From the sequence record NC_031127.1: a DNA stretch of 64,000 bases, one strand, 5' to 3'. Below are positions 36,990 through 45,874 of this stretch, one piece after another. The position numbers were made by a program, and so were the translations under genes. The notes under the pieces were generated by a model. The model worked only from the letters and a program-made list of their open reading frames with translations. It did not search any database and was not told the origin of the DNA. Each line of letters opens with the position of its first letter. Positions within the stretch are counted from its first letter, which is position 1.

Positions 36990-37531
36990 AAAATAAAATG
37001 ATTGTAAAACAAATGAACAGCGGCGAAGTCATGTTCAATTACGGCAAAGAATTTCCAGCCGTGCAGAAGTTACCTATCGCCGGGGAATATATCGTCTTTG
37101 AGGACGACTATAAACCGGCTGTTATCTTCAAACATGCCACGATGGCCGCCTCGCGGGTTTTCCTGCTGGAGGCTATCTTCACCACCAAAAATGAATTGCC
37201 CGTTCGTGACCTGCATGCGTTTTGTCCCGGTGGGCCAAAGCAATTCGCGGTTATCTTTGTTCTTCCTCTTTCACTTACGGTCGTGGATAGAGAACCGTCG
37301 GGTTCTATTTGTGCCCCCGATGGCGAGAACGGATACAAAGGGATTAGCGATGCGTTGATTTTGACTGATGCGCACCACTTCTCGAATGACGATATTGACA
37401 AGATACTGAAAGGCGCGGACGGCCGTAATGTGGTGGTCTGCTATTCCAGTGACGTTTTACGTACAAAAGCGCTTCGCCATCTGGCGGAGCAACACAACTA
37501 TTGTGTAGCAAAACACATCTATTCATTCTAA
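36986..37531 (+). CDS. Hypothetical protein
   Basis: ATGA overlap with the upstream stop codon. No family recognised. Confidence 0.65.
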   Translation: MKNKMIVKQMNSGEVMFNYGKEFPAVQKLPIAGEYIVFEDDYKPAVIFKHATMAASRVFLLEAIFTTKNELPVRDLHAFCPGGPKQFAVIFVLPLSLTVVDREPSGSICAPDGENGYKGISDALILTDAHHFSNDDIDKILKGADGRNVVVCYSSDVLRTKALRHLAEQHNYCVAKHIYSF

Positions 37532-37541
37532 GGAGCAAGAC

Positions 37542-38105
37542 ATGCGCTATGAAGCGTTTCACATCTGCAAACCTTCTACCTTTATTGAGTCACTGAAAGC
37601 AATGGAGGGCACCACCCTCGTTGAGATGCGCCCGACGTTCTACACAGCGACTCGTGAAGGGGCGCAAAAGATTGCCAAGCAGTACGGCAGCGTGACAATC
37701 ATCCCGGTCACACTCGCTTTGTCACGTCCGTTCATTAATGCACCGGATGCGTCACGAATCACACTCGACTGGTTCTATGAGTTTCTGCCAGGTTATAAGG
37801 TGCTTGCGATCGCAGGTCGTTTTGAGCACCTTTTAGTCAACACCAGCCGCTGGCAGGAACTTGAAGCCAGTTATGGGACACCACTCACGCTGTCTTCCCT
37901 TTACGACCGAAGCCTTCAGGACTTCCTGACGTTACCTTTAGAAATCTGTGCATTAGCCGAAGACGGCGCGATACGGAACATGGTCTCGTCAATGGGGTAC
38001 GATGGTTTCATCTATGGCGGCAGTGGCGATGCAGAAGGGGAAGTGATTTACTATCCCCTGAACACCGCCGGGATTCGCTATGGCAGTGAAGAAATGGTGA
38101 GTTAA
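37542..38105 (+). CDS. Putative ADP-ribosyltransferase-fold protein (ART-PolyVal-like)
   Basis: Pattern FH..FY.A....A...A..V.+.PV.L.+.RPF..GYDG+.Y, with SD aaggag. Confidence 0.5.
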   Translation: MRYEAFHICKPSTFIESLKAMEGTTLVEMRPTFYTATREGAQKIAKQYGSVTIIPVTLALSRPFINAPDASRITLDWFYEFLPGYKVLAIAGRFEHLLVNTSRWQELEASYGTPLTLSSLYDRSLQDFLTLPLEICALAEDGAIRNMVSSMGYDGFIYGGSGDAEGEVIYYPLNTAGIRYGSEEMVS

Positions 38106-38109
38106 GTCG

Positions 38110-38133
38110 CGGGGACGTTGTCCCCGATTTTTT
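38110..38133 (+). terminator. Intrinsic terminator
   Basis: cggggac-gtt-gtccccg followed by atttttt. Confidence 0.75.
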
Positions 38134-38165
38134 ACAACAGCAATCTATATTTTTAGGATAACATC

Positions 38166-38738
38166 ATGCTACAAATGCACAGCTATTTTGATACAGCTGA
38201 ATTGGAACGCCTGCAACGTGAGGGGAAGCTTCCCGTCGGGCTAACGCTGGGCAGTATTCAGAAATGCATGAGCAAAGGGGACGGGGTATTAATGTTATTC
38301 CGTTGTGCACGGTCATGGGACGTGAAAGCAGCCCTTGTCTCGTTGCCGATCGGTGAAACCAAAAATACCCGCAAGGTGTTGACTGCGTTTTGCTCTGTCA
38401 GTGAACTGCCTTCCGAGACGCTCTATTATCACCTCGAGTCCAACCACTTTGCCAGTGCCGAAGTCCATATTCCATCCTCAGCCTGTCTGTCAGATGACTT
38501 CCCGGATTGGGTGGTCTACCGTCATGTTCGTCAAGCGCCGGGTGTGCCTGATGAGATGCGGATTCTGGAACCGGGAATGGTTGATGTGGCGTTGGGGAAT
38601 CTTGACGACAACGAACGCCCCGAACGCATGGAAATCTTTGTGGCCCGTAAAGCCATTAAAGATGTCGGCAACAACATGCGTGGGTTAATTAAGCGCGGGT
38701 TCATCTCACGCAAGTTCATTTACCAGATCTCGCAGTAA
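38166..38738 (+). CDS. Hypothetical protein
   Basis: 190 aa with SD agga. Confidence 0.7.
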   Translation: MLQMHSYFDTAELERLQREGKLPVGLTLGSIQKCMSKGDGVLMLFRCARSWDVKAALVSLPIGETKNTRKVLTAFCSVSELPSETLYYHLESNHFASAEVHIPSSACLSDDFPDWVVYRHVRQAPGVPDEMRILEPGMVDVALGNLDDNERPERMEIFVARKAIKDVGNNMRGLIKRGFISRKFIYQISQ

Positions 38739-38744
38739 AAATAA

Positions 38745-38771
38745 TCTCAGATATATATTACCTAGGTGAGA
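38745..38771 (+). promoter_or_regulatory. Phage early promoter motif (TATATTAC core)
   Basis: tctcagatatatattacctaggtgaga, a near-identical copy of 35678..35704, located in an intergenic gap. Confidence 0.8.
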
Positions 38772-38824
38772 GTTAGCTATTAACTCTTGCCTTTCTTTCT
38801 TTTTATCACTTACAGGATAACATC

Positions 38825-39289
38825 ATGCACGATACAACGATCAACTCTACCCGTAAACTATTGGAACGCCGTAACGATATCGAGGCACATTTCAACAGCT
38901 TCAAAGACAAGCTGGGCGACCTGTGGAAAGTGGTACGTAGCGCAAACGGCGATGTGCGTAAGTATGACGAAACGTCCCCAGAAGTGGAGTTCGCGAGGAA
39001 CCTGCCAATGACGCTGCGTGTCCAATTCATGGACACCTTCGGCGACTGGGCAAACCGTTTCGCCGTTGATGTCATTGGCCAATTCAATTATGAAAAATTT
39101 GACATTGACATAGATGGCTGTATTCGTTCTGATGTGGGTCGTGTGGGTGATAGCGTGTACATTAACTTTACCGAAATCGCAAGCGGCATTTCGGTTCGCA
39201 TCGAACTGACCTACGTCGAAATCGCGGGCATGATCGCAGCCGGTTACAACTATAGCATCGAAGCTCCGCTGTTCTTTACTGTTTACTGA
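38825..39289 (+). CDS. Hypothetical protein
   Basis: 154 aa with SD agga. First gene after the promoter. Confidence 0.7.
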   Translation: MHDTTINSTRKLLERRNDIEAHFNSFKDKLGDLWKVVRSANGDVRKYDETSPEVEFARNLPMTLRVQFMDTFGDWANRFAVDVIGQFNYEKFDIDIDGCIRSDVGRVGDSVYINFTEIASGISVRIELTYVEIAGMIAAGYNYSIEAPLFFTVY

Positions 39290-39347
39290 TTCCTTGTGGT
39301 GGCCCTCGCGGTCGCCGCATCCTTAACTTTTTTAAGAGAATGAAAAA

Positions 39348-39731
39348 ATGCGCAAGCTCCTCTCGACTATCGCGGTTGTATGTTTTGTACTGGCAGGTCT
39401 GTCTAAAGTAGTGGAAGCGAACGATACCACGTTCGACAAATTCAAGCCCGCGGATGATACCTATCCGATGGCTCCTGACGAACACGCGGAGTTGCTTCGA
39501 TTTCAAGGAAACATCTACGTGTACAAACTGGTGGGTGCAGATGGTAGCTGTCATGGAGTGGCCATTGCAAATGGTGATACCCGCTTCTACCAGCGTCTCG
39601 AAGATATCGGGTGTGACCCAGATGTCGACCATGTGTCCTTTGCCCCATCTGAACTAGATGGATACCAGATGTTGAACTTCTACAGTAAAACGGTCGCCGT
39701 AGGGCGGATCACAATTAAAGCTCAGGAGTAA
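39348..39731 (+). CDS. Secreted protein with Cys pair (paralog 1)
   Basis: Sec signal MRKLLSTIAVVCFVLAGLSKVVEA and ADGSC...GCDP motif. Confidence 0.75.
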   Translation: MRKLLSTIAVVCFVLAGLSKVVEANDTTFDKFKPADDTYPMAPDEHAELLRFQGNIYVYKLVGADGSCHGVAIANGDTRFYQRLEDIGCDPDVDHVSFAPSELDGYQMLNFYSKTVAVGRITIKAQE

Positions 39732-39735
39732 TATC

Positions 39736-40137
39736 ATGAAAGTTATCCTTACGCTGTTGGTTGCAACCCTGTTTAGTTTTGCCAATCTGTCTTACGCGAA
39801 CACCAAACCTCGGTACCCCGACCACATCACCTACGAAAAGACCAAGGTCTCCTTCTGGTGTCAGCGTGAGGATATCAAAGCCGGTGATTGCGACGTGGTC
39901 TCCATGACCCCGGACGAAGAGTGGGTGTCCGTCACCGGCACTCCGGGCACAGCGTGTGAAGATACCCCTATCGGTATCGTGAACCTGCGTACCGGCAAAG
40001 CACGCGATATCGATTACGACGGTGGGTGTAAAACTCAGACCCGTCCGCAGTTTGTACAGATGGCTGATGGCAAGATAGGCTTGCAGGTCGTCGATGTTAA
40101 AGCCAATTGGGCAATCACCACTGTTCCCCTGAACTAA
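39736..40137 (+). CDS. Secreted protein with Cys pairs (paralog 2)
   Basis: Sec signal ending SYA and PGTAC..IVNLRTG..GGC motif. Confidence 0.75.
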   Translation: MKVILTLLVATLFSFANLSYANTKPRYPDHITYEKTKVSFWCQREDIKAGDCDVVSMTPDEEWVSVTGTPGTACEDTPIGIVNLRTGKARDIDYDGGCKTQTRPQFVQMADGKIGLQVVDVKANWAITTVPLN

Positions 40138-40147
40138 GGAAAGTCAC

Positions 40148-40537
40148 ATGCGCCACGCAGTTGCAGTCATCACCGGTTTCGTTTTCGCTTTAGCCGTTTC
40201 GTTTGTCCCTACCGCTTCCGCGTCAACGGATATCGGTGCTATCTTGCAGGAGATTCAGTATCAGTACAACCCGCCGGATTTCGGCGTGTGTGAAAATGGT
40301 ACCGTGGCGTGTAAAGAAGTCGGCAAAAAGGACGAGTTCATTCTCGTCCATGCTGACGGTGGCACCCAATGCCCTGCGGGATATTACTTCATCCTGAATT
40401 CCAAAGAAGGAATCATTGAGCCGGTCATTGCACCGACCTGTGACCCGTCTTTAAAGATTGGTTTCGCACACAGCAGTCGTGCCATCGAACTCGCCTTGTT
40501 TGGTAAAGTCTCAGGTACAGTTCCGCTTGACCGCTAA
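40148..40537 (+). CDS. Secreted protein with Cys pairs (paralog 3)
   Basis: Sec signal ending ASA and DGGTQC..ILNSKEG..TCDP motif. Confidence 0.75.
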   Translation: MRHAVAVITGFVFALAVSFVPTASASTDIGAILQEIQYQYNPPDFGVCENGTVACKEVGKKDEFILVHADGGTQCPAGYYFILNSKEGIIEPVIAPTCDPSLKIGFAHSSRAIELALFGKVSGTVPLDR

Positions 40538-40620
40538 CAGTTTGGCCCTGTAACGTTTTCCCCTAAGATGTTATCCTGGTTGCAGGGTCCTTTTTATTCT
40601 TGACTATCGAGGTTTATATC

Positions 40621-41166
40621 ATGATTACTTCTATTACCACAGCTGTCAATACCGCCCGTCGTTATTTCGAAGTGAAAACCGCGTACAACATTGATCGGTT
40701 CCGTTTCCAGTCAATGGTCTCCACTGCCCACAAACTGCTCACCCTGTCTGATGCGATTCGTCGTGACGGGGATGAGCAGGCGGTGGCGCTGGCAGAGAGT
40801 ATCAGCCATCACTGGTTTACCAAAACGCTGGGTTCTAGCCTGTTCGCCGAACACAAGGAAGCCTTCCTTGCAGTACAGTCGTGGATTTATGCGTCAGGCC
40901 ACCAGTTCGATGTGTCACAGAACCAGTACGCAACCGATGAGTATTGTCAACATATTCTGGTCTTACCACCTGCTACCTCGACGCCAAAGATTCTGAACAT
41001 GACCAATTCAGAAATGGCGTTACCGGATTTCGTGCGCTCGGAAATGCACAAAAAGGCAAACGGTGTGCTGCAAATTGGCAAGCGTCGTTTACCTATCTTC
41101 GATTTTACTCGCCGTGAGTGTGGACCGTCGTACAATATCGTGAGCGGATATTGGCCGACTGTCTAA
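40621..41166 (+). CDS. Hypothetical protein
   Basis: Start reassigned to ATG 40621 (SD gaggt). Confidence 0.7.
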   Translation: MITSITTAVNTARRYFEVKTAYNIDRFRFQSMVSTAHKLLTLSDAIRRDGDEQAVALAESISHHWFTKTLGSSLFAEHKEAFLAVQSWIYASGHQFDVSQNQYATDEYCQHILVLPPATSTPKILNMTNSEMALPDFVRSEMHKKANGVLQIGKRRLPIFDFTRRECGPSYNIVSGYWPTV

Positions 41167-41171
41167 GTCGC

Positions 41172-41205
41172 AGAGGGTGGGGGCTATTGCCCACCCTCTT
41201 TTTTT
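41172..41205 (+). terminator. Intrinsic terminator
   Basis: agagggtggg-(8 nt)-cccaccctct followed by a T-run. Confidence 0.85.
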
Positions 41206-41224
41206 GCCCAAAAAAGGAACCATT

Positions 41225-41800
41225 ATGCTTGACCAACAACTGTTAACCGCTTTACGTGTACTGGAAATTCAAGAGTCCCTCAAGAACGGCACCAGTGCCT
41301 TTATGATGGGTTGTTCAAAAGAGACCTTTGATCTGTTCCGTCAACACCCGACGTTAGGTCCGTGGATGGAGCAGAAGTATCCGCATACGCTGGCCGCGAT
41401 TGATGCGTACTACGAAGAACCCGAAGACGAGCGGAACATACACGAAGACCCGTTCCGTTATCTGACCAATCAGGAAATGCCGGTGCGGGTGATGTTGGTG
41501 TCTAATACAGAGAACACCATCGAGTGTGAGTTCCCGGACTGGGGTAACGGTAAATCTCGTGTGGTGGTGATTCGTAATCCTGTCGGCCATCAGAAAGTCG
41601 GGGCACCGGGTACCCTTTATGATTTCCAAAATCCTTCCTCGCCGTATATCGTTCCGGTCTTCTTAGGCGATAAGGCACCGCTCTATACACACGACCTCGC
41701 CGTCATGATGACTCAGGTTACATTGGAACTATTACAGTCGGATGAAGGTGTTGCGTGGAGTAACATTTTGGCAACGCGTTCAAAAGACGTGAATGCCTGA
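41225..41800 (+). CDS. Hypothetical protein
   Basis: Start reassigned to ATG 41225 (SD aagga), because the track's GTG start lies inside the terminator stem. Confidence 0.7.
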   Translation: MLDQQLLTALRVLEIQESLKNGTSAFMMGCSKETFDLFRQHPTLGPWMEQKYPHTLAAIDAYYEEPEDERNIHEDPFRYLTNQEMPVRVMLVSNTENTIECEFPDWGNGKSRVVVIRNPVGHQKVGAPGTLYDFQNPSSPYIVPVFLGDKAPLYTHDLAVMMTQVTLELLQSDEGVAWSNILATRSKDVNA

Positions 41801-41803
41801 CGT

Positions 41804-41836
41804 GGTGGCCTTCGGGCCACCTCTCTTAATTTTTTT
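41804..41836 (+). terminator. Intrinsic terminator
   Basis: ggtggcc-ttcg-ggccacc followed by a T-rich tail. Confidence 0.75.
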
Positions 41837-41890
41837 ACGTGAGTATTAATGATTATGAAATAACTACAACTAATTCATTAGGACCTCGCG

Positions 41891-44404
41891 ATGCTGAAGG
41901 TTGAGCGCATTATTCTAAAAGGTTTTACGGGCATGGGATTGCACGAAATCGAAACTTTTGATTTCACTCTCATGTCCGACGTGACCATTATCTTAGGGGG
42001 TAATGGTTGCGGGAAAACAAGTCTGTTGAATGTCTTCTTCCCGATAGCCCCACCGAAAACCGATTTTGTTGACGGGGGGATGTACACCAATATCGCCCTG
42101 TGTGGCGATGACCGTTACGAGTTCAAAGTGAAACGTGATGGGAACAGTCTGGTTTGCTTTATTAAGAACCTGAGCAAAGATTTAGTGGTGTTGGATCACG
42201 CCAATGCCAAAGTGTATAATTCCCGTGTGTACGAATTGACCGGCATTGATAAAGAAGTCAAAGAACTCATCAACGGCGAATCGTTATTAACGAACGGGAA
42301 TACCGAACAACGTCGTAAATGGTTCACCCGGATGTCCACCTCGGATCTGAACTACGCGCTGGACTTCTACAAGAAGCTGCGCAAGCAAGCCAGTCTGATG
42401 AACGGGGCCATTGACCACACGGCGAAAAAGATAGCGGATTTGCAAGTGCGTGTATTGCACGACGATGAAGAACGCAAACTGCTCAGTGCTCGCTTGGTCG
42501 AGATGGAGTCCGAACTCCGTCAGCTCGATGATGCCATTGCAATCCTTCCAAACTTTGACGGATCATCGAACAAAGAGAAAATCGTTGCGTTCCTGAAGAG
42601 TCTGGAAAGCCAAGTCGCCAAGGTGTTGAACGAACGCACCTTACCAACCGATTTGGAAATCAGCGTGGCTGAACAGACCCTCTCCGTGTGGAAAGAGTCT
42701 GCTGCATCAGCAGATGCCACGACCGATGCGTATAGCCGTGAGTTGTCTATTCTAATGGATGAGGCAACGCGTCAGGAATACCTGATGAAAAACCACAGCG
42801 GACTCAAGGAAACGATTGAAAACCAATCGGCGGCATTAAATGAAATGGTTAAGCATATCACCGCTTGGCCTGATTTGATTGCCGAAGGGTCTATCACTAC
42901 GCAAATGCTGTTAAACGCGCAGAACGACCTCTCTCAGTGGTCTTACTCTTTATCCGGGTCGTTGGATGAAATTATTCATCCGTCACGTTTACGTGAGGCT
43001 GAGGGCCGTTTAACGGAGCATGACGCCATCTCTGCGGATTTGCGTGAGCAACTCCAACGCGCGGAGAATGTGTTGCGTGGGTTAGAACACGATCGTACGC
43101 ATTTTCTTGATACGCAGGAAGTCGCCTGTCCCCGCTGCACGCACGTCTTTCGTCCCGGTGTCAATGACAGCTTAGAGAATATCGAAGCGGCCATTGGACG
43201 TGAAGTCAGTGTATGTAAAGCGCTACGGGAAAGGATTGCGACACACCAATCAACGCGCGGTGACATTGAAACGGATGTAATGGCAAAACGTCGTATCCGT
43301 GACATTATCATGACGTACACAAAAGACCCGGTCGTGGGGTTGTTCTTCAAGCGGTTGATTGAAGAAGAAGTCTTCACCGTGAACCGTGACCGTTATGCGA
43401 TGTTGTCCGTCCAGTTCTTTGACGAACTGAAACAGGCGATTGAATACCGACGGGTGTTTGAAGACTTGGTGAAGTCCAAGAAGGATTGGGATGAAGCGGT
43501 AAACGCGGTGGGGAACATCGACGGGGCACTGAACTCAAAGATTGACCGTATTCGTGCGCTCTTAGCAGAGTCCTCTCAGAAGCGCTCAGACGCGCAACGT
43601 GAGGTTGTGAAGTGGCGTGAAGAGTTACACCGTTTGAACGATGTACGCACGACAGTGGAGTTCCTGAGCCGCGCATTTACGGTTCTCGACACCATGATTG
43701 AAACCTCAACCACCAACGTGATGGTAAACTGCTTACAAACCAAACGACAATCGTTGCTGGACACGTACTCTGTGGCCCGTGATCGTTTCCGTCAGATGGA
43801 CAGTGAGCTGAACGTGCTGGCGGCGTTGGAGGCTGAGCAGAAAGAACTGCAACACCGACAGAAAAACATTCGTCTCATGATTACCGCGTGGTCACCAGAG
43901 AAGGGTGTGCTGAAAAAGTACATCTACAACTCGATCGTGCGCATCACGGAGATGATGAACCGTTATATCGGGGCAGTGTGGCAGTACCCGATGAACGTTC
44001 TGCCGTGTGATGTCAGTGAAGGCGATTTGGATTACACGTTCCCGTACACGCTAAAAAACAACCCGGACCCTGTGGTCGATGTCATTAAAGGCTCCAAGGC
44101 ACAGAAGAACATCTTTAACCTGAGCTACCGCTTGACCGCCTACAAAGGGCTGAACTTACGTCAGTATCCTTTGCTATTGGACGAGCCGTCAGAAGGGATG
44201 GATGAAGAACACAAGCAAGCACTCGTGGCCTTTATCAAGATGTTGGCTGAATCGGGGGAATTCTCTCAGGTGATTGTGGTCTCCCACGAGCCAGAGGTGC
44301 ATTCCAAGTTGAACGAAGCGACGTACTGTGTTGTTGAACCAACGGGTGTGACGTTACCCCCGGTTTACAACGTGGGCGTGAAAATCAAATACGCAGGCCA
44401 GTAA
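41891..44404 (+). CDS. sbcC: SbcC/Rad50-like SMC ATPase
   Basis: Walker A GGNGCGKTS, long coiled coils with central CPRC zinc hook, signature GSKAQK, Walker B LLLDEP and H-loop VSH. Confidence 0.92.
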   Translation: MLKVERIILKGFTGMGLHEIETFDFTLMSDVTIILGGNGCGKTSLLNVFFPIAPPKTDFVDGGMYTNIALCGDDRYEFKVKRDGNSLVCFIKNLSKDLVVLDHANAKVYNSRVYELTGIDKEVKELINGESLLTNGNTEQRRKWFTRMSTSDLNYALDFYKKLRKQASLMNGAIDHTAKKIADLQVRVLHDDEERKLLSARLVEMESELRQLDDAIAILPNFDGSSNKEKIVAFLKSLESQVAKVLNERTLPTDLEISVAEQTLSVWKESAASADATTDAYSRELSILMDEATRQEYLMKNHSGLKETIENQSAALNEMVKHITAWPDLIAEGSITTQMLLNAQNDLSQWSYSLSGSLDEIIHPSRLREAEGRLTEHDAISADLREQLQRAENVLRGLEHDRTHFLDTQEVACPRCTHVFRPGVNDSLENIEAAIGREVSVCKALRERIATHQSTRGDIETDVMAKRRIRDIIMTYTKDPVVGLFFKRLIEEEVFTVNRDRYAMLSVQFFDELKQAIEYRRVFEDLVKSKKDWDEAVNAVGNIDGALNSKIDRIRALLAESSQKRSDAQREVVKWREELHRLNDVRTTVEFLSRAFTVLDTMIETSTTNVMVNCLQTKRQSLLDTYSVARDRFRQMDSELNVLAALEAEQKELQHRQKNIRLMITAWSPEKGVLKKYIYNSIVRITEMMNRYIGAVWQYPMNVLPCDVSEGDLDYTFPYTLKNNPDPVVDVIKGSKAQKNIFNLSYRLTAYKGLNLRQYPLLLDEPSEGMDEEHKQALVAFIKMLAESGEFSQVIVVSHEPEVHSKLNEATYCVVEPTGVTLPPVYNVGVKIKYAGQ

Positions 44405-44577
44405 TGTACAATGCAGCGGTATCGATAGTAGGTTGGGTTCTGACGGTGTTATACATCGTCTTTGGGGCAGGGTGGGCGGTCGGTATCGCGACCGCTTCAC
44501 TGTTCATGATTGCATGGCCAATGCCGTTGCGGTTTGCTAAGCGGGTAAAAGCAAAGTACAAAGGGGGTAGGTCATGA
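44404..44577 (+). CDS. Small membrane protein (57 aa, not in ORF track)
   Basis: MYNAAVSIVGWVLTVLYIVFGAGWAVGIATASLFMIAWPMPLRFAKRVKAKYKGGRS. TAATG overlap with the sbcC stop, two hydrophobic segments and a basic tail. Confidence 0.6.
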   Translation: MYNAAVSIVGWVLTVLYIVFGAGWAVGIATASLFMIAWPMPLRFAKRVKAKYKGGRS

Positions 44578-44681
44578 TCTTCGATGTGTTGTTTACGTTA
44601 GGTTGTTTGTATCTTGTTGCACGTTCCCTGAACTGGGTGCTGAAACGTGCTAAATTTAAAGGAGCCTTTGATGAAATATAA
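44574..44681 (+). CDS. Small membrane protein (35 aa, not in ORF track)
   Basis: MIFDVLFTLGCLYLVARSLNWVLKRAKFKGAFDEI. ATGA overlap with the upstream gene and SD-like gggggtagg. Confidence 0.55.
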   Translation: MIFDVLFTLGCLYLVARSLNWVLKRAKFKGAFDEI

Positions 44682-44868
44682 AAAGCCGATGTGTGAACAC
44701 ACCATCACCTGGTGGGATGGTTTGTGCATCGCCGTGATGTTGTCGATAGTCCTTTTTTTGAAGTGGGACTGGTTTACGATATTTATCGTTGCCCTTGACA
44801 TGTTTGTGCTGGGCATGCGCTTTGGGCGCAACACGTCGTACTTTAAACCGCTTCTGTTCTGGCGGTAA
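44671..44868 (+). CDS. Small membrane protein (65 aa)
   Basis: Start reassigned to ATG 44671 (SD aaggag). Two hydrophobic segments. Confidence 0.65.
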   Translation: MKYKKPMCEHTITWWDGLCIAVMLSIVLFLKWDWFTIFIVALDMFVLGMRFGRNTSYFKPLLFWR

Positions 44869-44873
44869 CTATA

Positions 44874-44981
44874 ATGACTAAGATCTTCAAAGGTCTACTT
44901 TGCTCCATTCTTTACTTCGTTACTGGTACATGCGCATTCGCCTTTGGGGCGGTGTATTCCTTGTGCATGGGATTGTTCTGA
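44874..44981 (+). CDS. Small hydrophobic protein (35 aa, not in ORF track)
   Basis: MTKIFKGLLCSILYFVTGTCAFAFGAVYSLCMGLF fills the gap exactly, but the SD is weak. Confidence 0.45.
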   Translation: MTKIFKGLLCSILYFVTGTCAFAFGAVYSLCMGLF

Positions 44982-44995
44982 TATAGGACCAATTC

Positions 44996-45247
44996 ATGAA
45001 AAAAGAAAATCCATCTGAGAATGATGACATCGAGGACAGAGTGCGGAAGATAGTAGTAATCGGTCTGGGGATGACCGGTATCTCTACTGCACGCTCTATC
45101 GACGATTTTGCTCAGGAAGTAAAATTAGAGAATGTGAAGTTGGAGCGGCGTTTCGGGGAAGACTGGCGGGGAAACCAGACGAGCCACGAACGGCATGTGG
45201 GGAAGCATGCCGCAAAAACGCGACTTTGGAAAAGTCAACGACGATAA
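44996..45247 (+). CDS. Hypothetical protein with isolated GxGxxG motif
   Basis: 83 aa with SD agga. Contains KIVVIGLGMTGISTAR. Confidence 0.65.
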   Translation: MKKENPSENDDIEDRVRKIVVIGLGMTGISTARSIDDFAQEVKLENVKLERRFGEDWRGNQTSHERHVGKHAAKTRLWKSQRR

Positions 45248-45322
45248 TAGCAACCATGCTATGCGTACTACGCAACCGATTTCACTAACCGTCTTTTAGG
45301 CGGTCTCACTCAGGATAATAAG

Positions 45323-45808
45323 ATGATTGAAGCAGCGATTCTTAAAGACTCGACTGAGCTGACAACAGATCAGCAGAAACAGTTGTTAGGTTTACATTAT
45401 GCTTTTTTGAATTACCAACGTAGCGTTTTAGGCGTCAAGATTGACGTGCCTGAGCTGGCCGTTGCCACACTGTTCCGCGGTAACCGCATTGCGGTTGCAC
45501 TCGAAGCAGGTCGTGTGGTGGGCTACTGCATTTACCGGGTTATTTCCGGGGTGCTAAAACTGCGTACGCTCTTTGTGGCTGAAGAACACCGTCGTTCCGG
45601 TAAGATGTCTGCCCTCATTGAGTTGATTAGCGCGCGTGAGGTCTATGCCAATGCACAACTGACCGTGCATCAAAAATGCCGACCTGCGTACAATTTCTTT
45701 ACACGTCTGGGGTACGTGGCCAGTGAGTTAGATGGCTGGTTAAACCTGTTCTTTGATAGACACACCAGTTTGGCCAATAACAAGACCACACAATCAGCCG
45801 TTGTTTAA
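45323..45808 (+). CDS. GNAT-family acetyltransferase
   Basis: VVGYC..LRTLFVAEEHRRSGK (acetyl-CoA motif A) and PAYNFFTRLGY (motif B). Confidence 0.85.
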   Translation: MIEAAILKDSTELTTDQQKQLLGLHYAFLNYQRSVLGVKIDVPELAVATLFRGNRIAVALEAGRVVGYCIYRVISGVLKLRTLFVAEEHRRSGKMSALIELISAREVYANAQLTVHQKCRPAYNFFTRLGYVASELDGWLNLFFDRHTSLANNKTTQSAVV

Positions 45809-45874
45809 AACTGTAGCTCTCCTTACGATTCACCTCACTATGAGTGAAGTGTTTTTACGTGAGGAGAGCTATTT

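Noticed and set aside
36986-37531. ILTDAHH as a helicase Walker B (DEAH-like) motif
   Set aside because: There is no Walker A, the protein is too short, and the catalytic Glu is missing.
41891-44404. sbcC without an adjacent sbcD as a novel orphan ATPase
   Set aside because: The partner may lie outside the window, and dispersed gene order is usual in phiKZ-like phages.
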